A stretch of 63,694 nucleotides of DNA, filler included, from Globobulimina sp. (GCA_003354225.1; 38 parts of 38 records of this genome joined end to end with filler, not necessarily neighbours in it); one strand, 5' to 3'. Shown: positions 50,623 through 62,352, numbered from the whole stretch's first letter. Notes: generated by a model not told the origin, from the letters alone. Translations and numbers: made by a program.

Positions 50623-51948
50623 ATGTTCAATATGGATTTGATGGACCAACATTTATTATCTCAAGCACGTTGTATTAATACTGAGTATATATTAGATGCA
50701 GTATTAGATAACATTGATGAATTAATGTTTAACCATATCCCAGCAAATACATCACCAAATCCGCTCGACTCGTCATCAGCCTCATCCTCCTCAACATCCT
50801 CAGATGAAGCCATGCCAATTAATATGAATTTCAACAATATCAATCCAATGCTTTCCATATTTACTGGCGACAACGAGGACAAAATCGAATTAAAAGATAA
50901 TATCTTTATAAATAAAGATTGTACCTATCGTTTATCGCAATATATCCTTAAAGAGAATTGGGGCAAAGATTGTATTTTATTGTACAAATATTTAGATTAT
51001 ATATTTCGTTGTCAATTATTTAATAAACAAATCTTGCAAATTAGCCATTTTAATGCACCAAAATATTTAATATTCCACAGTGGATTACAAAGACGATACG
51101 ACAATCAGTCTCTATTTGTATTATCAACACCAAATTTCATGTCCAAACCGCAAAAATGGAGAGCGCAGATTGGTAACATTTATAACTCGTTTTTATCCAA
51201 AAATGAATTATTACAAAAATTGAACCAGGCCGACATTAATATCAATCAACAATGTTTACCGCAACGAACCATATTTGCGTCGTGTTTAAGTGATTCCGTC
51301 TACGATCCAACCTATTCCATCAAGGTTTGTTTGGTTTGTATACAAATACAAATTACATAAAAACGTGTTTTTCCATCGTGTTTTTTTTGTTTATTTGCAA
51401 ACCAACCACTAATTAAAGGTGAATTGGGAAGAACGATTGAAAACAATTCAAGATCGGATATACAAAATAATGGGAAGCGACGCCTTTTTTGATGGCTGTT
51501 CCAGGAAATATTTAAAATTAACGCAATTGATACAATGTTTCGAAGATGGACTGTCCACAACGAAAATAATGAGTGCTATGAATCCATCCATTGCTGTCCC
51601 ACAAGGTATGCTCACTACATTTCATATGTTGTACGTTGAATAAATGCATTTTGATTTCCAGGCTTCGTTGATACGAAACGTAAGAAATATCGAATGGAGT
51701 TATTGTTGCCTTTATGTGTTAAATTTAATGGGAGATCATATACTTTCGCGTTGGCCATTGCACCAAATACAAAAAAAAGAAAAGAAGAATTAGCAATTTC
51801 TAATCAACCATTCTGAATTAACATAGCCAACTAAGCGCGCATTGCTATATCCCATATTTAGCGTTAATACAGATTTCACGTCGTAAGTTTCTCTTTTTTT
51901 TGTATTTGGTGCAATGGCCAACGCGTAAGTATATGATCTCCCATTAAA
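50623..51948 (+). CDS. DUF3825-like protein; introns 51325-51418 and 51606-51661; the true C-terminus is inverted on the - strand (51790-51947)
   Basis: LYKYLDYIF, FHSGL, LPQR..F, AVPQ, ELLLPL, ALA; the inverted part gives SVLTLNMGYSNARLVG..SEWL. Confidence 0.75.
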
Positions 51949-52048
51949 NNNNNNNNNNNNNNNNNNNNNNNNNNNNNNNNNNNNNNNNNNNNTTAATTAA
52001 TTAANNNNNNNNNNNNNNNNNNNNNNNNNNNNNNNNNNNNNNNNNNNN

Positions 52049-52212
52049 AGTTGCACACAACTTTACTGCAAGTTGGACACAACTTTACTGCAAGTTGACC
52101 ACAACTTTACTGCAAGTTGACCACAACTTTACTGCAAGTTGACCACAACTTTACTGCAAGTTGACCACAACTTTACTGCAAGTTGGACAAAACTTTACTG
52201 CAAGTTGACCAC
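52049..52212. repeat. 22-bp minisatellite, ~7.5 copies (AGTTGACCACAACTTTACTGCA)
   Basis: Adjacent near-identical units, no spacers. Confidence 0.95.
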
Positions 52213-53078
52213 AAAGAGAGATTTTATGAGATTTAAAAGGAGGAATAATTCTGCTATATACTTGTACCCTGGTCAAAAAATCCACTATTTCAATAAAAGT
52301 AGCACAATTATTTGTCCTTGTTCGTAAGAATGTTTGAAATTTTATGTCAAAATAATATTCATTCATTCATTTTATTCGTGTCCAAGAATATTACATATAA
52401 TGCACAGATATGAGCCCGAGCCGAGCCTTGAAATTTCTGAAAATAGTGCTGATTTCTGGTGAAACGAAAATAAACGCCCAGGGCGTTTATTAGAATAAAT
52501 ACCGTAAACAACCGATACTATACTCATACTGTGCTGAAAATAGCATAATTATTTATTTCTCCTTATATTCCAATTGATTCTAAATTTTTATGATTATTTA
52601 TATATTCTGGATAAAATTTTAAAACCTCTCGCTATGAGATGAGATGAGATACACTATGGGACACACTATGAGACATACACACACTATGAGATGAGACATT
52701 GTAGGTACTGTGCGCGCAGTGCATGCAAGATTTGTTATGTACATACAATAGACATAGAAAGTGGCAATTTTTGGAGAGTTCTATTTGACTCACATGAACG
52801 ACACTAAACCGTCACTGACATTTTGCCATCTCCATGCTGCAGGCGTTTTGCGCGTTCTTTTTTACTGGACAGTAAATGTGTGAGTTTTCCAATAATTTTA
52901 GTGTCAATTAAAAGTGAAAATTATCCACCAGAATATTGTTACATAAAACGAAAAAAAATCCGACAACATAAATAACTATTATGCATAACAAGTTATTAGT
53001 AAACAGTGTTTTATTCAAAACTCATACTAAATCACTCACTCTTTAACAAAACATACATTTTCGAATCAAAATCTTTAT

Positions 53079-53537
53079 CTATTTCTCAGAACATGATGAT
53101 GTGCAGGGTGGGGATTGTCCATCCGAGCTTGAATCGTGATGTCGGCTATCATTTAGAGTAGCACTGCATTTGCCAATTTCCGTTTGGTAATGTTGTATTT
53201 CCTTTTGTAGCATTTCAATATCGTTGCTAATACGTCTCATTTCCGATTGCTGACTATCGTTTAAGGTATCGACAGCTAATTGTTGCAGTGACAATAATTC
53301 GTCCGTAGCCGCTTGAAGTCGAGGCACGCGCTGCAATAATTCATTGACCAATAGAAGCGTTTCATCAGGCAATGGTTCCTTTAGTAACCCAATGTCAATC
53401 AGGCCCTTTTCTATGGCAACACGTAACTGATAGACTACTTGCTCAGTCAAAGTTGGCAAGTTTCCATGGTTTGGCATGAAAGCGTTGTTTGGATGTTCCT
53501 CTGATTCTTCAGTAGCGTTAGCACCACCACTTATCAT
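53079..53537 (-). CDS. GW182/AIN-1-like M-domain terminal exon (metazoan, nematode-like)
   Basis: QLRVAIEKGLIDIGLLKEPLPDETLLLVNELL followed by a coiled coil. Confidence 0.6.
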   Translation of the reverse strand: MISGGANATEESEEHPNNAFMPNHGNLPTLTEQVVYQLRVAIEKGLIDIGLLKEPLPDETLLLVNELLQRVPRLQAATDELLSLQQLAVDTLNDSQQSEMRRISNDIEMLQKEIQHYQTEIGKCSATLNDSRHHDSSSDGQSPPCTSSCSEK

Positions 53538-53728
53538 ATTGGTACTCTTCTAAAATAAAAAATCAAATTTGCACAAGTATAGTATTCCGACTGAATTGAC
53601 CAAAACTGCAATTATTCGACCCAATANNNNNNNNNNNNNNNNNNNNNNNNNNNNNNNNNNNNNNNNNNNNTTAATTAATTAANNNNNNNNNNNNNNNNNN
53701 NNNNNNNNNNNNNNNNNNNNNNNNNNAT

Positions 53729-54550
53729 TATCGGAAAAGAGCTTATCCCAAATTGTGTATTGAAAACATTTTATCATTAATGTTTTATTGCAATTATACA
53801 GAGCTGCAATATGAATTCAGTAAAACCTACAGAAAGAAAGAAAAGAACCATACTAACTATTATCATTTAGGTAAATGGCTGAAACATACAGTACATCAGT
53901 TTGGTACTAAAATATATGAGACAAAGAAGCAAACATTTTATCACGGAATCAGTGAAAAATTAGTATTTCCGTCCATTATCAGCAATGTGCAGATATACAC
54001 TCCATTATCAACTTCAACGTCGATGGAGGCGAGTGTCAATTTTTGCAATTTTAATAATGGACTAATAATAGAGTTCAATGGCGGCAGTAGAACATCCAGC
54101 AGATATTTTGATGTTTGTTGGTTGTCGGATTATGCCAATGAAGCGGAACATTTATTCATTCAAAATGATATTCCATTGCATATTGAAAATATTTTCGAGG
54201 CAGCCACGGGTGCTCAATACAAACAATTATTGAAAGTATTACAAGTCATCGATTATATAGCAATTATGAAATATATTGACGGCAATGTGAATAAACAGAC
54301 ACTCTATGACGCGATAACCAAAATATTTTACAATCAATTGTCATGTTATTACAATGATCATAATGTATACAAACCGATTTTATCATTCACAAAATACACG
54401 AAAAAATTGGTTAATACGTATTTTCTGAACAAAAAGGATATTACTATCAATTTTTTGTACAAACAATATTTTCGGTTTTTCTTTGATGTTTTTGGATATA
54501 TTGAAATGAACTCCAACTGTGAATGGATTAAAATGGATTTAAATCCGTAG
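53729..54550 (+). CDS. ART-like family catalytic region, 5' truncated
   Basis: ILSLMFYCNY..FYHGI..PLSTSTS..GLIIEF..YFDVCWLSDYANEAEHLF. Confidence 0.72.
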   Translation, partial: YRKRAYPKLCIENILSLMFYCNYTELQYEFSKTYRKKEKNHTNYYHLGKWLKHTVHQFGTKIYETKKQTFYHGISEKLVFPSIISNVQIYTPLSTSTSMEASVNFCNFNNGLIIEFNGGSRTSSRYFDVCWLSDYANEAEHLFIQNDIPLHIENIFEAATGAQYKQLLKVLQVIDYIAIMKYIDGNVNKQTLYDAITKIFYNQLSCYYNDHNVYKPILSFTKYTKKLVNTYFLNKKDITINFLYKQYFRFFFDVFGYIEMNSNCEWIKMDLNP

Positions 54551-55404
54551 AATTGATTAGAATCTTCAATGCAATGTTTACGCTTAGCGCATTTGTACAA
54601 TTTATGTCCGATTTAACCCATAGAAATGTTACAAGTTCAAATTTGAACCAACTTAAAGATATTGCCTCGAACTTTAAATTAAAATGTCAAGAAACGCAAT
54701 TTGAATTTGAAGTGCATATTGGTCGGAATTTTGTACGTATAAAAAGAAGAGAGCACAAACTACAGAATGTTTAATTCAAGAAATGTAAAACCTAAAGTTT
54801 TTGCCGTTCAGCCGTTTGGTTTCATGAAACCAAAACATGAAATGGAAACCTGTAATATTTTCCAAAATAAATTAAAACAAATCAGAAAGTAGTATTTCAC
54901 AATTATATTAAAGTGACGACAGAAATACAAAAATGCAAAAAACCATTTCATGAAAATATTCTTGTAAAATCTGCAGTAAGTTTCAAGTAAAAAAAATCTT
55001 TAAATTTGCCAGTTTCAAGTTAATGTCAAGAATATATCCAACCTGAAATTGACGCTAATTCATCACCATATTACTGAAAACAACAAACAACAAACACATA
55101 ACATGCAAACTGAGCTTGTTGCATCGAGACCTGTATCATATGGAAATGATGAATTCGAATTCGAAGAAATGAAACAAAAACAAGACGTAGATACCGTACA
55201 ACACGAGTTCGAGTTTGATATTACAAACCCAACAAACAAAATACAACAAAAATATAGCACTTGTTCACAAAAGATTTGTAAAGTACCAAGATTAGCATTT
55301 GCATNNNNNNNNNNNNNNNNNNNNNNNNNNNNNNNNNNNNNNNNNNNNTTAATTAATTAANNNNNNNNNNNNNNNNNNNNNNNNNNNNNNNNNNNNNNNN
55401 NNNN

Positions 55405-56908
55405 TCGATGGTGTGATAGCTATCTCTCGATGTAAACAGATATAAAAGGATATGCTGTCGGGAACATTGCATAATTCGATTGTTTTCGCGATAAGTTTGT
55501 TTAAATGGGCATAATTATTACTATACGTTTGTATGTCTAAACATTTGCCATAATTACAATAAATCATACAAGATAACAAATGTTGAATTTCATAATCTTT
55601 ATCACAAATAACATTCAGATATGCCCTCGCTTTATAATATAAATCTCTCCACTGATATTTGGTTATATTGCACAACATTTCTTGCTTTAAATCATTATGC
55701 TTTGCACGGACATAAAATGTATGGTTTTTATGTGCCTCATCAAAATAACATTGTTCACCAAATATAAAGACATCGTTTTCAGATTGTTCTTGATCTTGTT
55801 TTTGTTCTTGTTTATATTCCAATTTATATTTATTAAAATTCAATTTGTTATAGATCTTTGCTGCAGTTTTCTTTTTTTTATTTAGTATATTTTTAATATG
55901 CAGTAAGTTATTATTCTGTTGAAGCAATTTTTTTTTATGAATCCTTAGCCCCAAATCATAAGAATGATACAAATGGCAATGGATTTTATCGAATAATTGC
56001 TGCATATTAACTTCTTGCGATGCCTTAAAACCAAAATACATTTTACTGCGATTAAAATCCATAGCCATCCTCTCCTTTTCTCTATAATTTCTTGCCACCA
56101 TTTTACATTTTAATACGTCACATTTGTGTCTGTGTTTTGCATTCGTTTCTTTAGCTTGCAATTCCTCAAACATTTCATCAAAAGTGTCATTATGAGCATA
56201 TATAATATGATAAAACGCGCGTAATATGTCGGTTATCTTCCAGTTATTTTCATAACATATTTGATAAATGCCTTTATTTTGGCTATTTTTCGTCTTTTTT
56301 TTGCGAGTAATCCACGCAGTATACGTATTCAGATAAACTTTCATATTTTCAAATTGTTTGCATTTCCTAATATCTGCATTATCGCAAACACTGTCATCGT
56401 TCTTAGAATATGTAATCTCTGCCTTGCACTGTAAATCGATATCATCTGTAACATAGCTTTTTGATTTATGAATTTCGAGTAAGTCTGGCAATAATGGAGT
56501 GTTGCCGCGATAAATTGCTTTCTGTCTCGGCTTAAAAGAGATTGAGAAAATCTCTGCAGCAAACTCTATATCTGTCGAGTTGCAACGTTTTAGAGTGGCA
56601 ACGGGCATCGTTGGTATTGTTGCAATTGGCATGGCGACGTCGTTGTATTTGATCTCTTCAGTGATGTACGTATGTTTAGGTGTATTTCTTTTATTTTTAT
56701 GTTTTTTGGATTGGAAGTTGGAATACCATCCATTTATTTGATTGATTGTTGGTGGATGAAAATTATAGAAGCAATATTGCATAATCAGGAATTGAATATC
56801 TTCTTTATGTGTTTTTATGTTGTTAGTAAATGGGAAATGTTGATCAAAATTTAGATATAAACATTCGTCAATATGTCGAAAATCATTTTCAAGATCAGCC
56901 ACGTCCAA
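55405..56908 (-). CDS. ART-like family protein, N-terminal modules; truncated before the STS motif
   Basis: C..RNYREK..FDKIHCHLYH, LKQEML, HLLSCMIYCNY shared with 1-1578. Confidence 0.62.
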
Positions 56909-57224
56909 TTCTTCCCCTTCGAACCATTTCGAAAATTTGCCTATATTTGGTGTGTCACTGTCACGTGAATAATAGACAGCCANNNNNNNNNNNNNNNNNN
57001 NNNNNNNNNNNNNNNNNNNNNNNNNNTTAATTAATTAANNNNNNNNNNNNNNNNNNNNNNNNNNNNNNNNNNNNNNNNNNNNGCCGCCGCCGCCGAATTA
57101 AAGTGGTCCGAGCTCTAGCCATAGCAGAGCTATGCAAGAGAATAATATATCAATTCATATCATATCATATCATATCATAGTAGCTACTACTACAATAACA
57201 GAAATATATCACCGTATAAACAGC

Positions 57225-57339
57225 ACCTATATTTCCAAAAATTATCTATACCCCATACTTCATTTCCTTCTTCTAAAAGTTGATTTATAACATATGCTGC
57301 AATAAAACCATGACTTCCAGTAAATAAAATTTTTTTCAT
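57225..57339 (-). CDS. NAD-dependent epimerase/dehydratase N-terminus, chimerically truncated
   Basis: MKKILFTGSHGFIAAYVINQLLEEGNEVWGIDNF Rossmann start. Confidence 0.7.
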
Positions 57340-57417
57340 TATAATTATTTCTTATATATTAAATAAATAAATTTAACTCAAATAAAGAATATTATTTATA
57401 TAATTATATATATATAT

Positions 57418-58107
57418 ATGAGTTTTAGCCAAAATTGGTTTAAAGAATTAAATGGTGAAAATAATTTTAATTCCTTACCAAATATACTAAATTTTAATAA
57501 AGCAATAAAATATTTAGAGATAGGTGTCTTTGAAGGAAATGCACATCTTCATATGTATTCACAATTATTTAAAAATCAAGAATCAAAATCTATTGCTATA
57601 GATCCATTTGGTGGAGGAACTGGTAATTCTACACATCCAGATGCAGAACATTTATTTAGAGCTAATTTAAGTGAATATTTAGATAAAATAACAATAATAA
57701 AGAATATATCAGATAATGTTTTACCTAACATTAACGAAAATGATTTTGATATAATTTATATTGATGGGGATCATACCGGAGATGCGGTTTATAAAGATGC
57801 TAATAATAGTTGGAATTTATTAAAAAAGGAAGGAGTAATGATTTTTGATGATTATTTATGGCATGGATTTCGTCATAGTAATGCAGGGATTTCAGCTGAA
57901 ATGGCTATTGGAGAAGTGGATCATCCAGCATTAGGTATAAATAAATTCTTAAAAGAACACAAGAATGAATATAAATTATTAGGAAAAGAACAAGGATTAA
58001 CTCATGATTGTAAAATTTTAAATTTAGATCCTGAATTAATTAAATTATATAATGATGAAACTATTCGTTTAAACTATAATTATCAAATATTAATACAAAA
58101 ATTATAA
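57418..58107 (+). CDS. Class I SAM-dependent methyltransferase (Methyltransf_24-like)
   Basis: YLEIGVFEG, IDPF, FDIIYIDGDH, GVMIFDDY. Confidence 0.88.
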   Translation: MSFSQNWFKELNGENNFNSLPNILNFNKAIKYLEIGVFEGNAHLHMYSQLFKNQESKSIAIDPFGGGTGNSTHPDAEHLFRANLSEYLDKITIIKNISDNVLPNINENDFDIIYIDGDHTGDAVYKDANNSWNLLKKEGVMIFDDYLWHGFRHSNAGISAEMAIGEVDHPALGINKFLKEHKNEYKLLGKEQGLTHDCKILNLDPELIKLYNDETIRLNYNYQILIQKL

Positions 58108-58131
58108 TATATTTATACAATTTTCTCTAAA

Positions 58132-58166
58132 AATATTCATTTTTTTTTGTAAAAAAAAAGAATATT
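58132..58166. terminator. AT-rich palindrome between convergent genes
   Basis: AATATTC-A-T9-GT-A9-GAATATT hairpin. Confidence 0.5.
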
Positions 58167-58177
58167 ATGTTAAATAA

Positions 58178-58660
58178 TTAAATTTTATGCAATTCTTTTC
58201 CAAAATATTCTTTTTCACTTCTTGTTCCATCAATTACAGTTTTTGGATATAATTCCATATCATCAACTATAGTTTGAAATATGTTAGGTTTTATTGCTAA
58301 ATTTAAACTATTTACATATTGATTAAATGCTAAAGAATCTTTGACTAAACATGGACCAGAAGGTCCCCGAATTGATTCATCACATTTCATATATTTTTTA
58401 TCTAATTCATCTCTAACTAACAAACTTTCTAATACACTATTATACTCTACATTATTATGTTTACATATTTCATACATTCCATTTGCAAATAATATTCTAT
58501 ATGTATTATATACATTTTGCATGTATTTTGTTAGTTCAGCTTCTACTGGTGTAACCATTTTAAATTCTTTGCAAATAGGTTCATGAATTTTTTTTACAAC
58601 TTCAAAAGTTTTTTCAGATACAGTACCTACTATACAAATATAGTTATTTTTCATAAAATC
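58178..58660 (-). CDS. UDP-glucose/GDP-mannose dehydrogenase family, C-terminal fragment
   Basis: EAELTKYMQN..FAN, GPSGPCLVKD. Confidence 0.8.
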   Translation of the reverse strand, partial: DFMKNNYICIVGTVSEKTFEVVKKIHEPICKEFKMVTPVEAELTKYMQNVYNTYRILFANGMYEICKHNNVEYNSVLESLLVRDELDKKYMKCDESIRGPSGPCLVKDSLAFNQYVNSLNLAIKPNIFQTIVDDMELYPKTVIDGTRSEKEYFGKELHKI

Positions 58661-58760
58661 NNNNNNNNNNNNNNNNNNNNNNNNNNNNNNNNNNNNNNNN
58701 NNNNTTAATTAATTAANNNNNNNNNNNNNNNNNNNNNNNNNNNNNNNNNNNNNNNNNNNN

Positions 58761-59660
58761 ACAACGAACGAACCAACAACGAACGAACCAACAACTTCCG
58801 TGCCAACAACATCAGCACCAACAACTTCTAAACCCACCACCTCGGAACCAAGTTCTGTACCCACTACAAATCAACCAACAACAATGCAACCAACCACAAA
58901 CGTACCAACAACATCAGCACCAACGACTTCTAAACCCACCACCTCGGAACCAAGTACTTCAGCACCAATTGCAACTACAGCTGAGCCAACCAGTTCAAAT
59001 CCAACATCAGCTCCGAACACACCACATCCAACACTGTCGATTAAAACAAGCATAGATCTAAATGAAGCTGGTGTGGATGGAGAAATAACTCCAACTTTGG
59101 ATGACCAACATGTACAAAACAATGACACACAGACAAAAACTACATATACCACATTCTTATTACTATCTGCCATTATATTGGTTGTGCTGTGTTGTTTGGT
59201 AATGCTTGGATGTATGTTAAAGATTTGTGTTTATTATTTTAAAACCAATATAAGGTCAAAAGCAAAAGCAAATGAAGAACAGATGAATGTGCATGTTGGT
59301 GAGATTGAATTGCATGCCACGAGCCCAGAGACTGTAGGTTCAGATACAAATATTGATGGAGAAAAAGCGAAATTTGAGAGAATAATATCACAGTCAAATA
59401 TTGAAATGGAACAAATGGACGGAAATGATGGAACAAATTCAACTGGAGATATATCGCAGGAATCAGAAAATGACAATGATGATATGTATGGAGATGATGC
59501 GACATCATTTGGTGAAGAGAATCATGTGACAATTGGTGGTGGAAATGTGCTTATATCAACACCTCCGTTCAATATGAATATTATTGACAATGTGGATGAT
59601 TCTGGTGATGATGATGAAATGTATAGCGATAAATTACGTAGTGTAACAAAAGGAAAATAA
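58761..59660 (+). CDS. Mucin-like single-pass membrane protein (PTT repeats, TM, acidic tail), 5' truncated
   Basis: PTTSxPTT repeats and one hydrophobic helix. Confidence 0.7.
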   Translation, partial: TTNEPTTNEPTTSVPTTSAPTTSKPTTSEPSSVPTTNQPTTMQPTTNVPTTSAPTTSKPTTSEPSTSAPIATTAEPTSSNPTSAPNTPHPTLSIKTSIDLNEAGVDGEITPTLDDQHVQNNDTQTKTTYTTFLLLSAIILVVLCCLVMLGCMLKICVYYFKTNIRSKAKANEEQMNVHVGEIELHATSPETVGSDTNIDGEKAKFERIISQSNIEMEQMDGNDGTNSTGDISQESENDNDDMYGDDATSFGEENHVTIGGGNVLISTPPFNMNIIDNVDDSGDDDEMYSDKLRSVTKGK

Positions 59661-59994
59661 AATAAAACAAATTTAATGATTTATAATATAAATATTAATA
59701 TGTATAGTTTACTTTCCCTTTTTTTTACGCGCCACAGTTTAATACCAATTGACTAGAAATCCTAGAACCAATTAAGATTGCACATTTGGCGATGTTTCAA
59801 AAAGTGAATAAAAATGAATGTCAATTTAATTAATTAGACCATTCTTTGCCATGTGTATGAATTTGACCACAGATGAACGAAGATCTACCTCATTACCAAA
59901 TCAATCTGTTTATGCCAACGTGTTTTCATCAGTTGCTTTCATTCCAACAGTTTCACCATCACTTCAGTTGCCGGATGAATAACATTATCTTGTA

Positions 59995-60338
59995 CAGTCA
60001 GGCAGTTGTAATAATTTTGTTGGTTCCAATGGTGTAAAAGGACAGAAGGCACCAACCCTTTTCATATAAAATTAAAAAAATGATTAAACTGGTTTCAAAA
60101 ATCATTGTCGTATGGATTTATGGATTTAATACTTTAAGGATTTACAACTTTTGGGTTTTAGTCCCAGTAATAGCAAAGTTGCAAATCATTTAATCTTCAA
60201 TGCGTAAAACACCATGCAAAACCGACAATGATTTTTGAAACCAGTTTAATCATTTTTTTAATTTTATATGAAAAGGGTTGGTGCCTTCTGTCCTTTTACA
60301 CCATTGGAACCAACAAAATTATTACAACGGCCTGACTG
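59995..60338. repeat. Inverted repeat with 116-bp arms (59995-60110 / 60223-60338) running off the contig end
   Basis: Reverse-complement match with one mismatch. Confidence 0.9.
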
Positions 60339-61323
60339 NNNNNNNNNNNNNNNNNNNNNNNNNNNNNNNNNNNNNNNNNNNNTTAATTAATTAANNNNNN
60401 NNNNNNNNNNNNNNNNNNNNNNNNNNNNNNNNNNNNNNTATTGTTTCTTTTTTTTGGGTGCTTCGCTGTGAGGTGATGTCTTTTTTCTTTCTCGGTTGAC
60501 CAATTCGGTTTGTCCGCAAGGACAGGAAAGAAAATTGTACGTATCACAGTCTTGTACTTGCGATCCTGACGTTTATAAATTCAATTCAATTCATTATCCT
60601 CAACCTTCTCCTTATTATCCCTTAAACATACACACCGTTTTATACACAAAGTCTACACCTAATCTTTTTGCAAGATTTTTCTGCATATTCTTGTATGTCG
60701 CTTCTTGTATTTTTGTGATTGATTGTAACATTTTTATTTTATGTTTATTTTAATTATGATGTGTTTAATTTTAATATATTTTTCTTTGCGTTTCTAGCGC
60801 TTTCGTTGTGACCGTACAACCTCGTAACTTAATGATTTTATTTTTGTATTTATTTTCACACTTTTTTTGTTACGATATGCTTCCGCTTTTGCACTTGCAC
60901 TATTTCTCCTGACTTTTAGTAGAGCAAAGAAAAAGTTTTCAACAAACAGTAATCAAACAAATTACTCAAAAACTTCTTTCACACAAAATAACAGAAACAC
61001 TTTCATCTCAAATTCAATGAAACCTCCGTTATAAAGTAACGATCAGTTTTAGGAAAATTTGTAAATTTGCAATTATTTGCCAAAAAAAAAATACCACACC
61101 GTTTCAAAAATAGTAATACTAATACTATCCTTAAATTAGAAAACTACATTTTCAAAATTAATAGAACGCATTGATGATATTGAGTTTTTAGTGAAGAACG
61201 AGTGTCAGAAAATAATGCAAGAAACATCAATCATAAAACAATGTAACAACTTACACAATACACAATTACATATATATAATATTGCACTCTGTACAGAAAA
61301 CTAAAAATATAATAAACAATGTA

Positions 61324-61788
61324 TTATTGTTTTTTGGCTAAAGTTTGAACGAGATTTTGATATTGTTTGGTTCGCTGAAACCGTAGAAATGTATCCATCT
61401 GCAATAAATTCCAGGTTTCAGCCACTGCCACATCGAAAATATGGTATAAATGCGTTTGTATTAATATATCATATTGATGCTGCTTCGAGTCATCAACAAC
61501 ATCATTTATCACAGGAGCTGTATGAATGCCATGTTTATTTAAAATGTGGTTAAATCCGAGCGGCCTTATCTTACTAAAAAATAATAATAATTCCTTGCGT
61601 GAATCATGTGAAATATTAATACAATATTCACCATCAACATCAATAAATTTTAGAAATAGATGTTTTCCGTAATTATGAATTTTCTCGATGCTGAAAAGGG
61701 ATGTTTCATCTGCTTTTAATTCGGGTTTTAATGCCGGTATTTTCGTGGAAAATGCAGTCGGTTCATGTTCCACATCTTCCTCAATCAC
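61324..61788 (-). CDS. RGS domain, C-terminal half
   Basis: KFIDVDGEYCINIS..R..IFD.A..E.WNLLQMDTFLRFQRT..Y. Confidence 0.8.
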   Translation of the reverse strand: MIEEDVEHEPTAFSTKIPALKPELKADETSLFSIEKIHNYGKHLFLKFIDVDGEYCINISHDSRKELLLFFSKIRPLGFNHILNKHGIHTAPVINDVVDDSKQHQYDILIQTHLYHIFDVAVAETWNLLQMDTFLRFQRTKQYQNLVQTLAKKQ

Positions 61789-62116
61789 TATACTTGCTTA
61801 AGTTGCTAGAGATAGAAAGTAAGATTCAAAGGTAAGGACAATACAATATGTAACTAGAAAACTTTAAGTTAAAACTTCAGTCACACAGTTACTAAGTCAA
61901 TTGACTCCTGCTAACTAACTTTTTTCTAAGTACTAATACTTAAAACTTCAAAAAGCACCTAGTCAATTGCTTGCTGAGAGCGTGGATTAATTAATAATAC
62001 TCATTCCACTCCTCTCNNNNNNNNNNNNNNNNNNNNNNNNNNNNNNNNNNNNNNNNNNNNTTAATTAATTAANNNNNNNNNNNNNNNNNNNNNNNNNNNN
62101 NNNNNNNNNNNNNNNN

Positions 62117-62352
62117 CGTTTAAAGACTGACGCAGCAGTGGTTATACCTCTAAGCCTGGAATCAAGAGAACACTTCGAAAACAACAGCCGCATTGAGCAG
62201 TTTTTTTTGGATATGTTTTATGGCGTATTCCTCGCACTGCTATTTTATAACGCGATATTTATGAACTCTCTAGGGGACAGAACCCGCATCTATTACGCTC
62301 TGTTATCATTGTCTTATCTGTTTATGTTCAGCGTTAACGATGGCTTTCTGCA
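62117..62352 (+). CDS. Bacterial 7TM-DISM sensor fragment, chimerically joined
   Basis: PLSL..FYGVFLALLFYN..DRTRIYYAL..DG. Confidence 0.65.

Noticed and set aside
52049-52212. CRISPR array (also considered for 13511-13589)
   Set aside because: The units are directly adjacent with no unique spacers and there are no cas genes; these are minisatellites
59995-60338. Foldback transposon or structured ncRNA
   Set aside because: The arm runs to the contig end as in other contigs here; an amplification foldback is more likely
1581-62116. Regularly spaced TTAATTAATTAA motif as a biological repeat
   Set aside because: Always embedded in N-runs; it is an artificial six-frame-stop linker
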